From: Gemmatimonadota bacterium
GTDB lineage: Bacteria > Gemmatimonadota > Gemmatimonadetes > Palauibacterales > Palauibacteraceae
Assembly (NCBI GenBank): GCA_963666735.1
Contig: OY762926.1
Span: 1,120,001-1,184,000 of the forward strand
Reading direction: 5' to 3'
DNA: 64,000 nucleotides
Below are positions 9,153-18,148 of this stretch, one piece after another. Each line of letters starts with the position of its first letter. Position 1 is the stretch's first letter. A program made the translations under genes and the position numbers. Under the pieces are notes generated by a model, which saw nothing but the letters and a program-made list of their open reading frames with translations, had not been told where the DNA came from and searched no databases.

Positions 9153-9722
9153 TTGGGCAGCCTCACCGCCTTGCTCGATGCATCGGTCCTTTATTCGGCA
9201 CCATTGCGCGACCTGCTTCTGGAACTCGCTGTGTCTGACTTGTATCGCGCCAAGTGGTCAAACGAGATCAACGACGAGTGGATCAACGCTCTGCTTTCCA
9301 ACCGGTCCGACCTGACAAGGGAACAACTGGAGCGGACGCGCGATTTGATGAACGCGCATGTGCGTGATGCACTCGTGGAAGGATACGAAGATCTCGTCGA
9401 AATCGTCCGGCTACCTGATCCTGATGATCGCCATGTCGTGGCAGCCGCCATCAAGGGGCGGGCGGACATGGTTGTGACCGTGAACGTTAGGGACTTTCCT
9501 GCCAACTTGCTTGAGCGCTGGGACCTTGAAGTACAGCATCCTGACGAGTTCCTGCAGCACCATTTCCACCTATCACCGTCCATCTTTCTGGCGGCCGCAA
9601 GGACGGTCCGTCTCCGCCTCAAGCAACCACCCGTGACGACTGACGAATACCTCCAGACGCTCGAAGCGCACGGCTTGGTGGCAACCGTAGGCGAGCTCAC
9701 ACCCTTCCGCCAGTTCATGTGA
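9153..9722 (+). CDS. PIN-domain protein (putative VapC-like toxin)
   Basis: LLDASVLY, LPDPDDRHVVAAA, VVTVNVRDFP, HPDEFL; 3 bp after the HTH gene. Confidence 0.9.
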   Translation: MGSLTALLDASVLYSAPLRDLLLELAVSDLYRAKWSNEINDEWINALLSNRSDLTREQLERTRDLMNAHVRDALVEGYEDLVEIVRLPDPDDRHVVAAAIKGRADMVVTVNVRDFPANLLERWDLEVQHPDEFLQHHFHLSPSIFLAAARTVRLRLKQPPVTTDEYLQTLEAHGLVATVGELTPFRQFM

Positions 9723-9873
9723 CCCTGGGACCCGCCGCCCCAGGTCGGCTCTGCCAGGATCGCCGACCACCTGGACCAGCGCACGACTCCACGTATTGAC
9801 CGGAACGGCGTCTTGAGAGCACCGTAAGAGATCGCCATCCGGGATGGACCGGACGAGTAGAGGGCAGGTTCAG

Positions 9874-11592
9874 ATGCCGTCATCCAGAAGATTGTTGGCC
9901 GTACTCGTGGTCGTGCAGACAGCTTTGCTGTTTGCGGCCCCGCGTATGCATGCGCAGTCGTCCGCCGCGCCTCCCCCGACGACCGAGGAGATCGACGCGT
10001 GGGTCGAGGACGCCATGGCGCGGTGGGAAGTGCCGGGACTGGGGCTGGCCATCGTGCATGAAGGCAGGAGCTACCTCTCCACCGGCTACGGCGTGCGCGA
10101 ACTGGGTCGGGACACGCCGGTGGACGGAGCGACGCTGTTCAGCATCGGCTCCTGTTCGAAGGCGTTCGGGGCCGCCACGATCGCCTCCCTGGTCGAAGAG
10201 GGGAAACTGAGCTGGGACGACCGCATCACGGACCACATCCCGTGGTTCCGTCTCCACGACCCGTGGACGACGCGCGAGATCCGCGTGCGCGACATCGTGA
10301 CGCACCGCGTGGGCACCGGGAGCAATCAGCCGCTGCGCCCGCTCGTCATGGACAGGCGCGACTATCTCATGCGCATCCCCCACACCGACCCGGACCACAC
10401 GTTCCGCGACCGCTACGGATACACGAACGACATGCTCGTTCTGACGGGTCACCTCGTGGAGACCATCTCCGGAACGGACTGGGACTCCTATGCGCGGGAG
10501 AAGCTCTGGGATCCGCTGGGGATGACGACGACGACGGCGCGCATGGCGCCCGCGAACGCGAGCCCGAACCACGCCGAACCGCACGCGATCATCGAGCGCA
10601 GGTTCATCGGGAACGCGGCCACCACGGGAATGCCGCTGGAGCCCGTGCCCTGGCAGTACGCCGAGAACGTCACCGTGCCCTCGGGCGGCGTGATCACGTC
10701 GGCGGACGAGATCACCGAATGGATGCGGTTCCACGTCGGCACCCACCCGACCCCGCCGCTCTCCCGGTCATCCGTCGAACTCATGCACGCGCCGCACACC
10801 GTCATCCGGAACCCGAGCAGCTGGATGCCCTTCGAGGGGCCGGGCGCGTACGCGATGGGCTGGTCGACGGGGAGGTTCGGGGACGTTACGGGCGTGGGCC
10901 ACGGAGGGAACGCGCTGGGGTTCAACTGCTCGATCGCGCTGGCGCCGGAACAGGGCTTCGGAGCGTGGGCGACGACGAACCGGAACTCCGAGCTTCCGTG
11001 GGTGCTCACGAAGTGGGCGATGGCGCGTTTCGTGGGCACGGACGAACTCCGAAGCCGCGACTGGCACGCGGAATTCGAACAGAGCGTCGCCGAGGGGAAC
11101 CGCCGGATCTTCGAGGCGGAGGAGGCGCGGCAGGCGGCCCGGCTCGACCAGGGTCCCTCGGTGCCGCTCGAGGCCTACGCCGGGACCTACCGCAACGGTT
11201 ACGCCGGTGAACTGCGCATTCGCCTGACGGACGAGCCGATCCCGCCGCTCATGCCCGCCGAGGGCCGGCTGGGCCGGTGGGACGCGACGCCGGGCGTGCA
11301 CGAACGTCCGGCCGCGGGCGCCTCGGCAGGCGCCGACCGCAACGGGATGAGTAACGGAGCGGGCAACGGGTCGGCGAACGGAGCCGGCGAGCCGACCGGC
11401 GAACTGCGGCTCGTGGCCGAGTTCGATGGCCGTGAGCGTCCGGTGCGGATGCCTCTCGAGCACTGGCACGTCGACCGCTTCGACATGTGGTTCGGCGACG
11501 TCCGGATCGGCGTCTCGTTCATGCTCGACGACGACGCCCGCGTGACGGGCGTCGAGATGGACTACTACGGCCGCTTCGAACGCGTGCCCTGA
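9874..11592 (+). CDS. Serine hydrolase, beta-lactamase/PBP family, with DUF3471-like C-terminus
   Basis: Signal peptide; SCSK (SxxK), YTN (YxN), HGG; C-terminal PLEAYAGTY.N..G; Asn/Gly-rich insertion. Confidence 0.9.
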   Translation: MPSSRRLLAVLVVVQTALLFAAPRMHAQSSAAPPPTTEEIDAWVEDAMARWEVPGLGLAIVHEGRSYLSTGYGVRELGRDTPVDGATLFSIGSCSKAFGAATIASLVEEGKLSWDDRITDHIPWFRLHDPWTTREIRVRDIVTHRVGTGSNQPLRPLVMDRRDYLMRIPHTDPDHTFRDRYGYTNDMLVLTGHLVETISGTDWDSYAREKLWDPLGMTTTTARMAPANASPNHAEPHAIIERRFIGNAATTGMPLEPVPWQYAENVTVPSGGVITSADEITEWMRFHVGTHPTPPLSRSSVELMHAPHTVIRNPSSWMPFEGPGAYAMGWSTGRFGDVTGVGHGGNALGFNCSIALAPEQGFGAWATTNRNSELPWVLTKWAMARFVGTDELRSRDWHAEFEQSVAEGNRRIFEAEEARQAARLDQGPSVPLEAYAGTYRNGYAGELRIRLTDEPIPPLMPAEGRLGRWDATPGVHERPAAGASAGADRNGMSNGAGNGSANGAGEPTGELRLVAEFDGRERPVRMPLEHWHVDRFDMWFGDVRIGVSFMLDDDARVTGVEMDYYGRFERVP

Positions 11593-11596
11593 TCGG

Positions 11597-11803
11597 TCAG
11601 CGGACGTACAGTCGGTTGGCGTAGCTGTACGCGGTGACCGCCGACACGATGTGGCAGATCCAGCCCAGCGTGCCGCCGGTTCCGATCCACAGGCCGGGAG
11701 TCACGACCAACCAGAAGAGTCCGCGCAGGAACTTGCCGTTGTACCACTGGCCGACGCCCGGTACCAGGAAGCTCAGTACGGCGGCTGTCAATGGGTTCTT
11801 CAC
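11597..11803 (-). CDS. Small membrane protein (68 aa; TM2/DUF5683-like)
   Basis: GTG after GGAGGAG RBS; KNPLTAAVLSFLVPGVGQWYNG motif; 2-3 hydrophobic segments. Confidence 0.8.
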   Translation of the reverse strand: MKNPLTAAVLSFLVPGVGQWYNGKFLRGLFWLVVTPGLWIGTGGTLGWICHIVSAVTAYSYANRLYVR

Positions 11804-11870
11804 CTGTCTCCTCCCCAAAACATCGTCCGGATTTCTCGACCGGCGGGGCAACGCCCGCGCCGAGACTTCC

Positions 11871-11897
11871 TACGGGGGGCCGGCGGCAGTGGTTTCC
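11871..11897 (-). promoter_or_regulatory. Putative ECF sigma promoter GGAAAC-N17-CGTA
   Basis: Minus strand GGAAAC cactgccgccggccccc CGTA, upstream of the small membrane gene. Confidence 0.55.
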
Positions 11898-11910
11898 GGA
11901 CCGGCGGGAT

Positions 11911-13848
11911 TCAGCCCGTGGCGCAGGCGCCGAGGTGCCGGGTGAAGAACTCCTCCAGGCGCGACCAGGTGTCGACGCGATTGTCCGGGTTCCGGAATCC
12001 GTGCGCTTCGTCCGGGTACGTCTTCACTTCGACGCTCTTGCCGAGCCGCTCGAGTTCGGCCACCGCGTTCTCGAAGTTCTGGATCGGCACGCGGCGGTCG
12101 AGTTCCCCGTGCATGAGGAGAACGGGAGCCGTGATGCCGCCGATGCGCGACACGACGTTGCTCTTGGCGTACGTGTCGGGGCGCTCCTCGGGCGTGCCGC
12201 CGTGTCCCGTGACGGAGAAGATCTTCCCCAGCCGGTCCGTGTACTCGAGCGTGTTCAGCTTCGAGTAGGCGCCACGCATGGGGACGGCCGCGTCGAACCT
12301 GTCCGGGGTCAGACTGATCGCGGAAAGCGACATGCTGCCCCCATAGCTGCCGCCGTAGATCCCCACCTTCCCGTTCACATAGGGGAGCGTGCGCAGGAAA
12401 TCGGCCGCCGCCCCCGCGTCCCTCGCCTGGTCCCAGAGCCAGTCCTCGACCGAGAGGTCCTGGAACTCGCGCCCGAAGCCCGATCCCCCGCGGTAGTTGA
12501 TCGCAAGCACCACGAACCCCTTCGAAGCGAGGTACTGTTCGGTGAGGTTCAGGCCCTGCTGGTAGGAGTTCGTCCCGCCGCCGTGGACCTGGACCAGCGC
12601 CGGACAGGTGGCGCCTTCGGCAAGCTGCGGGGGACGGTAGAGGAAGCCCTGAATCCGGAGTCCATCGAAGCTCGGGAAGGCGATCTCCTGCGGCGCCCCG
12701 ACGGACCGCCACGCCGGCGAGAAGGAGGTCAGCCGCTGCGGGATGCCGCCGATCAGGTCCAGAGCGAACGCCTCCCCGCCCCGCGTCGGCGAGGAGTGGA
12801 CGAAGGCGAGTGCCCCGGCGCCCGCCGTGTGGCTGATGCTGGAGATCGTCCCCTCCATGTGCGTGACGCGCGTGGCCACGCCACCGGCGGCGGGCACCGC
12901 CCACACGTTGACGGTCCCGCGCTCGAGGTAGGGGAAATAGATGAACGCGCCGTCCGCCGACCACGAAGGGGCGTGCCGCATCGCCGCGTCGGTCGCATGG
13001 ACCTGCATGTCCACAATGCGCTCGGAAGCCCCGGCGCCCGCCTCGAGATCCTCGATCACGTAGATGTAGGAGAGGTCCTCGTACCAATACTCGTCCTTTG
13101 CGGTGCCGAACACGGCGATCCGGTCCCCCTCCGGCGACCACACGGGGGTGGACATCGCCATCAGCGTGCGGGCGAGTTGCCGGCGGTCTCCCGTCTCGAC
13201 GTCGACGAGCCAGAGGTCGTCGTGCCAGTAGTCGGAAGCGTTCGACACGTAGAGGATCTCGCGGCCGTCCGGACGCCAGGCCGGCGCGAAGCGCGGATCG
13301 TCGAGCGCCATCGCGGCCTCGGTCAGCTGGCGCGGCGGGGCCGAGCCGTCGGCCGGCACGAGCCAGATGTCCTGGTGGCCGCTCGCCGTCGAATAGAACG
13401 CGACCGTCCGCCCGTCCGGCGAGAAGGCCGGAGTCCGGACACCCTCCATCCGGTCGATCAGCGGGTGTGCTTCGGCACCGCCGACGTCCGCAACACGGAT
13501 CTGGCCGCCCGCCGCGAAGGCGATCCGGTCGCCAGCCGGAGCCCAGCCCGGGTTCGAGCCCTGAAGCCAGAGGCGCGGCGTCCCGAAGCCGCCTCCCTCG
13601 CCGCGGGCCGCGAGATACAGCCCCGCCCCCTCCGGCCCCGAGCCGGAGATCGCGAGGTGACCTCCGTCCGGCGAGATGAAGACGCCGCGCGCGCCCGTAT
13701 TGTTGCGGTAGATGTTGTCGAGCGTGAGGTCGAGTTCCGCCGCCGCGGCCCCGCCGGGCGCCGCATCGCCGGGCGCCCCGCAGGCGGCCGAGACGAGGAT
13801 CAGAGTGACGATCCACGGAATATCGAGGAGCCGATTCGCGTCCTTCAC
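11911..13848 (-). CDS. S9 family peptidase lipoprotein, close paralogue of 1192-3195
   Basis: GGSYGG, HGELDRR, EAHGF; lipobox VSAAC; shares long blocks with the 1192-3195 protein (CPALVQVHGGGTNSY, GREFQDLSVEDWL). Confidence 0.92.
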   Translation of the reverse strand: MKDANRLLDIPWIVTLILVSAACGAPGDAAPGGAAAAELDLTLDNIYRNNTGARGVFISPDGGHLAISGSGPEGAGLYLAARGEGGGFGTPRLWLQGSNPGWAPAGDRIAFAAGGQIRVADVGGAEAHPLIDRMEGVRTPAFSPDGRTVAFYSTASGHQDIWLVPADGSAPPRQLTEAAMALDDPRFAPAWRPDGREILYVSNASDYWHDDLWLVDVETGDRRQLARTLMAMSTPVWSPEGDRIAVFGTAKDEYWYEDLSYIYVIEDLEAGAGASERIVDMQVHATDAAMRHAPSWSADGAFIYFPYLERGTVNVWAVPAAGGVATRVTHMEGTISSISHTAGAGALAFVHSSPTRGGEAFALDLIGGIPQRLTSFSPAWRSVGAPQEIAFPSFDGLRIQGFLYRPPQLAEGATCPALVQVHGGGTNSYQQGLNLTEQYLASKGFVVLAINYRGGSGFGREFQDLSVEDWLWDQARDAGAAADFLRTLPYVNGKVGIYGGSYGGSMSLSAISLTPDRFDAAVPMRGAYSKLNTLEYTDRLGKIFSVTGHGGTPEERPDTYAKSNVVSRIGGITAPVLLMHGELDRRVPIQNFENAVAELERLGKSVEVKTYPDEAHGFRNPDNRVDTWSRLEEFFTRHLGACATG

Positions 13849-13880
13849 GCCGCCCCCTTCGCTGTCGTTTCGGGCCCCCA

Positions 13881-14444
13881 CTAATCGAATACGAATACGA
13901 TGCCCAGATCGAAGCCGAGCGCAACGGCGTGGTCGTTACTCGAGGGAGTGTTGGCCGGCATGCGACGCCACGACACGCCCGGCCCGATACGCAGGCGGCC
14001 GAGGCGAAGGCGGAGTCCGGCGCCCGCCTCCAGACCGGGACCCGGCTGCGGGGTCTCCCCCTCCGTCCCGACGCGCGTTGTGCCGTAGAGGACGCCGGCC
14101 CGGCCCCACAGCCAGCCTTGCGACAACTCCGCACCGAGGGCGGCGTGCCGGCCGGTGACCATCGGCTCTCTCCCCCGGCAGAATCCCTCTCTGCAGCCGA
14201 AGGCGGTCCGGACATATCCCGCCGTGATGGCGACCTGAGTGCGCAGCCGCCTCGCGATCCGGATTTCGTGCGACAGGGCGGGAGCCCATTCGAGACCGGC
14301 GGCGGTGGAGGTGTGATGCCCGACTGTCAGGCCGCTCCGCACCTCCACGGAGGTCTGCGCGGCGTGGGCGCGCCCGGCGACCGCCATGCCGGCGGCCACG
14401 CTCAGCGCCACGGCGAAGCTGGCGCGGAGCCACGATCCCTTCAT
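13881..14444 (-). CDS. Outer-membrane beta-barrel protein (small, about 8 strands)
   Basis: Signal peptide AHA-AQ; alternating amphipathic strands; loop CREGFC; C-terminal LGIVFVFD; ATGA overlap with the upstream M66 gene. Confidence 0.7.
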   Translation of the reverse strand: MKGSWLRASFAVALSVAAGMAVAGRAHAAQTSVEVRSGLTVGHHTSTAAGLEWAPALSHEIRIARRLRTQVAITAGYVRTAFGCREGFCRGREPMVTGRHAALGAELSQGWLWGRAGVLYGTTRVGTEGETPQPGPGLEAGAGLRLRLGRLRIGPGVSWRRMPANTPSSNDHAVALGFDLGIVFVFD

Positions 14445-16267
14445 TGCCGGCGCCCCGAGGTCCCGTCGCGCGGGACTCCGTCGCTGACCATGAACTCCAT
14501 GCCCTCCGCCCACGGAGGCGCCTCCCCCGGGTCGCGCAGGATGCCGCGAAGACGACGGGTGCCGGGGTCCAGGACCAGGGCCGCCGCGCGCCCCCCCCAA
14601 CGCTCGACCGCGACGGCCCCGCCCGGACCGGACAGCCGGACCCGATCCAGTCCATCCGGGCCGCCCCAGCGGCTCTCGTAGGGAAGCGCGAAGGCGAACT
14701 GTCCCCCTCCGTACTCCACTTCGTCCGGTCTGAAGGAGAAGGCGAACAGGGACCGGCCAGCCGTGTCGAACCCCTCCAGTCGATAGGGACCCTCCCCGGC
14801 CGGCGGCGTCGGGAGCGCGTCGATGACGAAGGCGGGCTCCAGCAGCAGATCCGCTGCGCCGGCGTTCCCCCAGAGGAGCAGCGTCGGCTGCGGCGTCGGC
14901 TCGTGAGCCACGCTCCGCGGGATCAGCGATTCGTGCTCGCGCCGGAACTCCAACGCCTTGATGAAATGATAGTCGCTGATCCAGCTCGGGTCGCAGTACG
15001 TCATCAGGTCCCGATACTCGACCGGATCGACCATTCGCGTGTTCCCGCGCCGGGTCTCGTATCCGAAGACTCCGATGGAGCCGTCTTCGTACGGGAAGTC
15101 CGGATCGGGGTTCACGGCCACGCCGCAGGGAGCATGCCGGAGCCCCATGTTGTGCCCCAGCTCGTGGGCGAACGTGTCGAGATCGAGTATGCCCACTCCG
15201 ATCGGCCGCCCGATGTAGCCCAGTCCCTTGAAGGGGGCGTCCGGAGGCGCCGCGAGGGCGGCGTAGTAGTAGTCCCGCCGTCGCTCCGTGAGCCGGAGCA
15301 CGCTGATCTCGCGCAGGAGCCCCAACCAGCCTTCCGCGGTCGTGAGGTCCGCCGACGTGCGATAGGGCTCGTGTACCGTCAGTTCCAGTTCAGCGATGGG
15401 GAGGATGGAGCGCACGAAGGTGATCCCGGGGCTCGTCGGCGTCATCTCCTCGGTCCAGGTCAGCGCCGCCTCGCTGTCTCCCGTGTGCAACACCGGCACC
15501 ACCGTCAGGTGCATTGGCGGAACTGCCAGCACATCCAGCCTCAGGCGTCCCTCCGCCGGCACACGCCCGCCGCTTCCCTGGACCGTCGGCACGAGACCAT
15601 CCGGATCCAGTTCCACGACGAGTTCGGCGCCGGGCTGGAGGACCCACCCGGGGACCACCCCGTTGAAAGACCGGTCCAACCTGCCCTCATCGGGCTCCAT
15701 GGGAATCCGGTCCATCGCGGGATCCAGTCGCATCTCATGGGCCGGGGCGCCGTCTTCGTAGAAGGTCGCCAGCGGGCGGGGCCGATAGAAGCTCGTCTTG
15801 TCGCCCGTGACGAAGACTCGAAGGAGCGCTGAGCGGCCCGCGATCAAAGGGACGTCTCCCTCCAGCGTCTGGGCGGCCTGAGTCAGATGCACGGCGGCCG
15901 CCTCGATCTTTAGGCTGGCGGGGTTCACCCTCACCCATGCTCCGGCCTGCCGGCTCGCCACCTCCGCGGCGACCCGCGTCTCATGACCGCCCTCGAGGCC
16001 GATGACCTCCCCATCCGCATCGACCGCGGCGACGGACGGATCGGACACGGACCAGCGCGGCGGCGCCCAGGCCGGGATGCTGCTGAAGGCCGCACCGCTC
16101 TCGTCCAGCACCCGAACCCGATACCGGACGGCCTCGCCTTCGAGAACGATGGCGTCGGCAGGGAGAATCTCGAGCGCGCCCGGGACCCGCTCGGGTTGCG
16201 ATGCCAGGTCACTGCAGCCGGCCGCCGCGAGGATCGGGAGTAGAAGTCGCCTGTTCACGCCGATCAC
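14441..16267 (-). CDS. Ig-like domain + M66-like zinc metallopeptidase lipoprotein
   Basis: Lipobox AAAGC; BIG2 WSVSDPSVAAVDADG; HELGHNMGLRHAPCG and Met-turn DLMTYC. Start uncertain (16258, 16267 or 16294). Confidence 0.85.
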   Translation of the reverse strand: MIGVNRRLLLPILAAAGCSDLASQPERVPGALEILPADAIVLEGEAVRYRVRVLDESGAAFSSIPAWAPPRWSVSDPSVAAVDADGEVIGLEGGHETRVAAEVASRQAGAWVRVNPASLKIEAAAVHLTQAAQTLEGDVPLIAGRSALLRVFVTGDKTSFYRPRPLATFYEDGAPAHEMRLDPAMDRIPMEPDEGRLDRSFNGVVPGWVLQPGAELVVELDPDGLVPTVQGSGGRVPAEGRLRLDVLAVPPMHLTVVPVLHTGDSEAALTWTEEMTPTSPGITFVRSILPIAELELTVHEPYRTSADLTTAEGWLGLLREISVLRLTERRRDYYYAALAAPPDAPFKGLGYIGRPIGVGILDLDTFAHELGHNMGLRHAPCGVAVNPDPDFPYEDGSIGVFGYETRRGNTRMVDPVEYRDLMTYCDPSWISDYHFIKALEFRREHESLIPRSVAHEPTPQPTLLLWGNAGAADLLLEPAFVIDALPTPPAGEGPYRLEGFDTAGRSLFAFSFRPDEVEYGGGQFAFALPYESRWGGPDGLDRVRLSGPGGAVAVERWGGRAAALVLDPGTRRLRGILRDPGEAPPWAEGMEFMVSDGVPRDGTSGRRQ

Positions 16268-16319
16268 GTTGTTCTTCGACCGCGCCACGGGCAACCCGGA
16301 CGCCGGGCTCCTCGCGACG

Positions 16320-17333
16320 TCACGGCGCGGGAGCGCGCGTTTGACGCAGTCCCGCGGCGATGAACGTCCATTGCAGCCTCATCTGGTCGCGCACCGGCAT
16401 GGGGACGAGCCCGTGCTTCCTCGCATCGGCGGAGATGGCGTCCGGCGCGGCCCCCGCGGAGAGATCGCTCCTCCAGCCGTCGAGCCGTCTCTTCCAGCGC
16501 TCGGCGACCGGATCCGGCGGGCCCGGCCTGTCTCCCACGCCGGGGAGGATGAAGAGCGGCATCTCCGAGACGAGCGTGAGCGTGTCGCGGCCAAGGGAGC
16601 GCAGCGTTTCCATCGAACTCGGCCAGAAGCGGGACGCGGTCGCCGAGTCGCCGAGGGCTTCGAAGTGCGCGGCCATGAGTTTCGAGTCGGGCCGCGAGGC
16701 GAACCCCCGTTCGAAGCGGAAAAAACCCTTCTCCCCGTGACGCTGGACATCGTGCAGCGAGTAGCCGAGAGCCTGTGCGCGCTCACGGCATGCGGCCTTC
16801 ACCGCTTCGCAACGATCCTCCCAGGCGCGATCGATGAGGAAGAAGGGGCCGGCGGCGAACCCCATGCCGTGCAGGGAGGCGTGCAGCGCAAACGGTCGGT
16901 CGCAGGTGCGCCACCAGTCGTAGGCCGCCCGATTCTCGGGCCGCGCTCCGGGATTGGCGTCGTCGCGCGGGAAACCGAATTCGACATCGTCGCCCGGCAG
17001 TTCCCGGACCTTGCCGGCCAGGTACCGTCCGAGATCGTACGCTTTCGCGTCGGAATCCTGCCACGGGGCGTTGCGGATCTCGCCATCGGGGTTGATGTGC
17101 GGGATGATCCACCACTGATAGCGGGTGAGCATCGGATCCTCCGCGTCGAGTGCCGCCAGGCAGCCTGCGAGACGACGCAGGAGGCGCGGACCCACCGGCT
17201 CGTCGGCGTGGCAGCCGCCGAGCAGGCTCACGGCTTCGCGCCCTCGGCCGAAGCGGAAACCGCGGATCGGCCGACCCTCGCGAGACGACCCGAGCACGCA
17301 CCCGAGACCTGCGGCGATGTCCGGGGAAGCCAT
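16320..17333 (-). CDS. M14 zinc carboxypeptidase-like protein
   Basis: GSSREGRPI, GCHADE (HxxE), INPDG, SLHGM, VSEMP. Confidence 0.8.
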   Translation of the reverse strand: MASPDIAAGLGCVLGSSREGRPIRGFRFGRGREAVSLLGGCHADEPVGPRLLRRLAGCLAALDAEDPMLTRYQWWIIPHINPDGEIRNAPWQDSDAKAYDLGRYLAGKVRELPGDDVEFGFPRDDANPGARPENRAAYDWWRTCDRPFALHASLHGMGFAAGPFFLIDRAWEDRCEAVKAACRERAQALGYSLHDVQRHGEKGFFRFERGFASRPDSKLMAAHFEALGDSATASRFWPSSMETLRSLGRDTLTLVSEMPLFILPGVGDRPGPPDPVAERWKRRLDGWRSDLSAGAAPDAISADARKHGLVPMPVRDQMRLQWTFIAAGLRQTRAPAP

Positions 17334-17512
17334 GATCCGGTCGAACCTTCCTGTCGGCAGCGTTTCGATCGGCTTCTCCTTTCGACCGGCTGCTTCGGCC
17401 CCGATTTCCGGTCGTGCCGGGGTTGGGCCGCGTCCTCCGTGACCCTACATTGGGATCCCCTTCCGCGTCACCTCGCGGCGGGAGTACGCCGGAACCCGGA
17501 GTCCGCTCGAAG

Positions 17513-18100
17513 ATGATGGACGTCCCGATCCCGATCGTCGTTCTGGGGCCGATGCTGGCGGCGCTGGGCGGTTTTGCGGTCGGCTGGTGGATGCGCGGCC
17601 GACAGATCGCCGGAAGAGAACTGACGCTCAAGCGTCGATTCGACAACCGCCTGTCCGCCATCGAACAGGACGCACGGCAGGTGCTTGAGCGTGCGCGGCT
17701 CGAATCCGAGGCGGCGCGCCAAGCGGTCGAGGCGGAGCGGGACCGCCTTTACGCCCGCCTCTCGAAGCTGGATCCCCAGGGGAGCGGGACGGCGGAACCG
17801 TCGCGACGCACCCGCCGCTCGCGGACGCGCAAGGGTCGCAGGCGCAATGCGCGTCCGGCGGATGTGGAACGAGCGGGCGCGCGGGCGTCGGATGAGAGTG
17901 ACGACCTGACGCGCATCAAGGGGATCGGCCCCGCGTACAAGGCGCGGCTGAACGAGATGGGCTACCGAACGTACCTCGACCTGGCCCAGTGGACCTCCGA
18001 AGACCTCGACACTCTCGGGAGGGGGCTCGGAGCACGGATCCGGCTCAAGGAGTGGTCCGAGCGGGCGGCCGAACTCCATCGCCGGAAGTACGACAGCTAG
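17513..18100 (+). CDS. Membrane-anchored helix-hairpin-helix protein
   Basis: N-terminal TM, coiled coil, Arg-rich linker, DDLTRIKGIGP...LNEMGY HhH. Confidence 0.8.
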   Translation: MMDVPIPIVVLGPMLAALGGFAVGWWMRGRQIAGRELTLKRRFDNRLSAIEQDARQVLERARLESEAARQAVEAERDRLYARLSKLDPQGSGTAEPSRRTRRSRTRKGRRRNARPADVERAGARASDESDDLTRIKGIGPAYKARLNEMGYRTYLDLAQWTSEDLDTLGRGLGARIRLKEWSERAAELHRRKYDS

Positions 18101-18148
18101 ACCCGCCGCTCGAACGCCGCGGCGCCCCTGGCACGGGCCTGCCGGCTT

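Noticed and set aside
9874..11592. SxxK proteins (also 26661-28331) as antibiotic-resistance beta-lactamases
   Set aside because: HxG instead of KTG and extra C-terminal domains fit peptidase/esterase members; resistance is unsupported.
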